This document shows, piece after piece, positions 63,290 through 64,000 of a DNA stretch of 64,000 nucleotides; the first letter of the stretch is position 1, and every line of letters begins with the position of its first letter. The notes below the pieces were generated by a model. That model made no database searches and was not told the DNA's origin. It worked only from the letters and a program-made list of their open reading frames with translations. Position numbers and translations under genes: made by a program. Source of the stretch: Octopus bimaculoides (lineage: Eukaryota); assembly GCF_001194135.2 (NCBI RefSeq), contig NC_068981.1, positions 73,316,765 through 73,380,764 of the forward strand, read 5' to 3'.

Positions 63290-63338
63290 ATCTGTGCTGA
63301 TGAAGCTTAATAAAGCCGAAATGGGACCATACACGGAT
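63290..63338 (+). ncRNA. Type-I hammerhead ribozyme motif, one mismatch at the base of stem II
   Basis: AUCUGUG-CUGAUGA-AGCUU(AAUA)AAGCC-GAAA-UGG(GA)CCA-U-A-CACGGAU: 7-bp stem I, intact core, A10.1/C11.1 instead of G-C. Confidence 0.75.
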
Positions 63339-64000
63339 GAATAATAATAGATCTTATGATGAAATATAGGTGTTCTTCTCGTTCCTTGCCTTCCACCGAG
63401 AGAAAAAAAATACTTTCCAACTTAAAATCTACAAACAAAACAAGTGATTCTCTCCCCTGAAGTACATAATCTCTCTCTCTCTCTCCCTCTCTTTGCCATA
63501 ACAGCACGTCCAGCAAGCTACAGACAAACACGTAGAAATAGATTGTTGAATCGCTTGTAATGTTCATACTTATGCTCGAAACACAAGTTAGCCGGTCACT
63601 CACAACCAAGAATTGAAGCCGCATTGCCTCGCAGATTTTATCGCTTATTTACGGTGTTCATTGTGTTTCGCGAAGTCAGTGTATTCTCTTCAGCTCTTTT
63701 TAAAGTGAACGTATTTTATTTTTAATAAGGACTTCGTGATATTTCATTACGTTTCAAAAAGACAAACAGCTACACTATTATGCAGTGTCAACATGTAACC
63801 TTAAGCTACCATTACAGCTTTTCCTCACCAGCTGCGGTTTTTGCCTTTGTCATGAATTTATTAGACGGAATTGATGTGGAGGTTTACAATTTCTTTTAAA
63901 TTATTATTTTTTCAAACACAATAATAATAATAATGTCTTTAAGCATGTCTGAGGATCGTTCGTAATAAAACTGTCGGCAGAGGCTTAATGAGATGTATTG

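Noticed and set aside
63655-63697. Minus-strand CTGAAGA..TTCGC-GAAAC motif
   Set aside because: Stem II register is broken and U16.1 is absent.

Overview
This is eukaryotic, AT-rich, repeat-dense DNA from a fragmented assembly, with 14 N-gaps totalling about 8 kb, mostly at collapsed (TA)n microsatellites. The SINE families resemble those I recall from Octopus/coleoid cephalopod genomes, so the taxon is an inference. I recognise no intact host gene, rRNA, tRNA gene or CRISPR array, and most ORF-track entries are microsatellite or N-run artefacts. The supportable content is: about 25 copies or fragments of four tRNA-derived SINE families; decayed non-LTR retroelements (RTE, CR1/Jockey-like, an R4/Dong-like RLE element, Penelope-like elements); decayed DNA transposons (two hAT, one Chapaev3-like, several MITEs); and many long inverted repeats. 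The strongest hidden signal is a set of type-I hammerhead-ribozyme (HHR) motifs from several unrelated short repeat families. One has a fully canonical core (15472-15528, minus), two are near-canonical (51211-51255; 63290-63338), one pair lies on opposite strands of a foldback (53794-54007), and three related copies are decayed (27.5, 42.4, 55.0 kb). They occur alongside Penelope-like RT remnants, which suggests non-autonomous, retrozyme-like satellites of Penelope elements. HHRs in Penelope elements are known; whether these families are described, transcribed or active needs testing. Other oddities are a TSD-flanked chimeric SINE, a SINE dimer inside one TSD, a hAT transposase fragment captured inside a SINE, and a TIR element carrying TTAGGG repeats. 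A few low-confidence minus-strand exon candidates suggest the window may be intronic.
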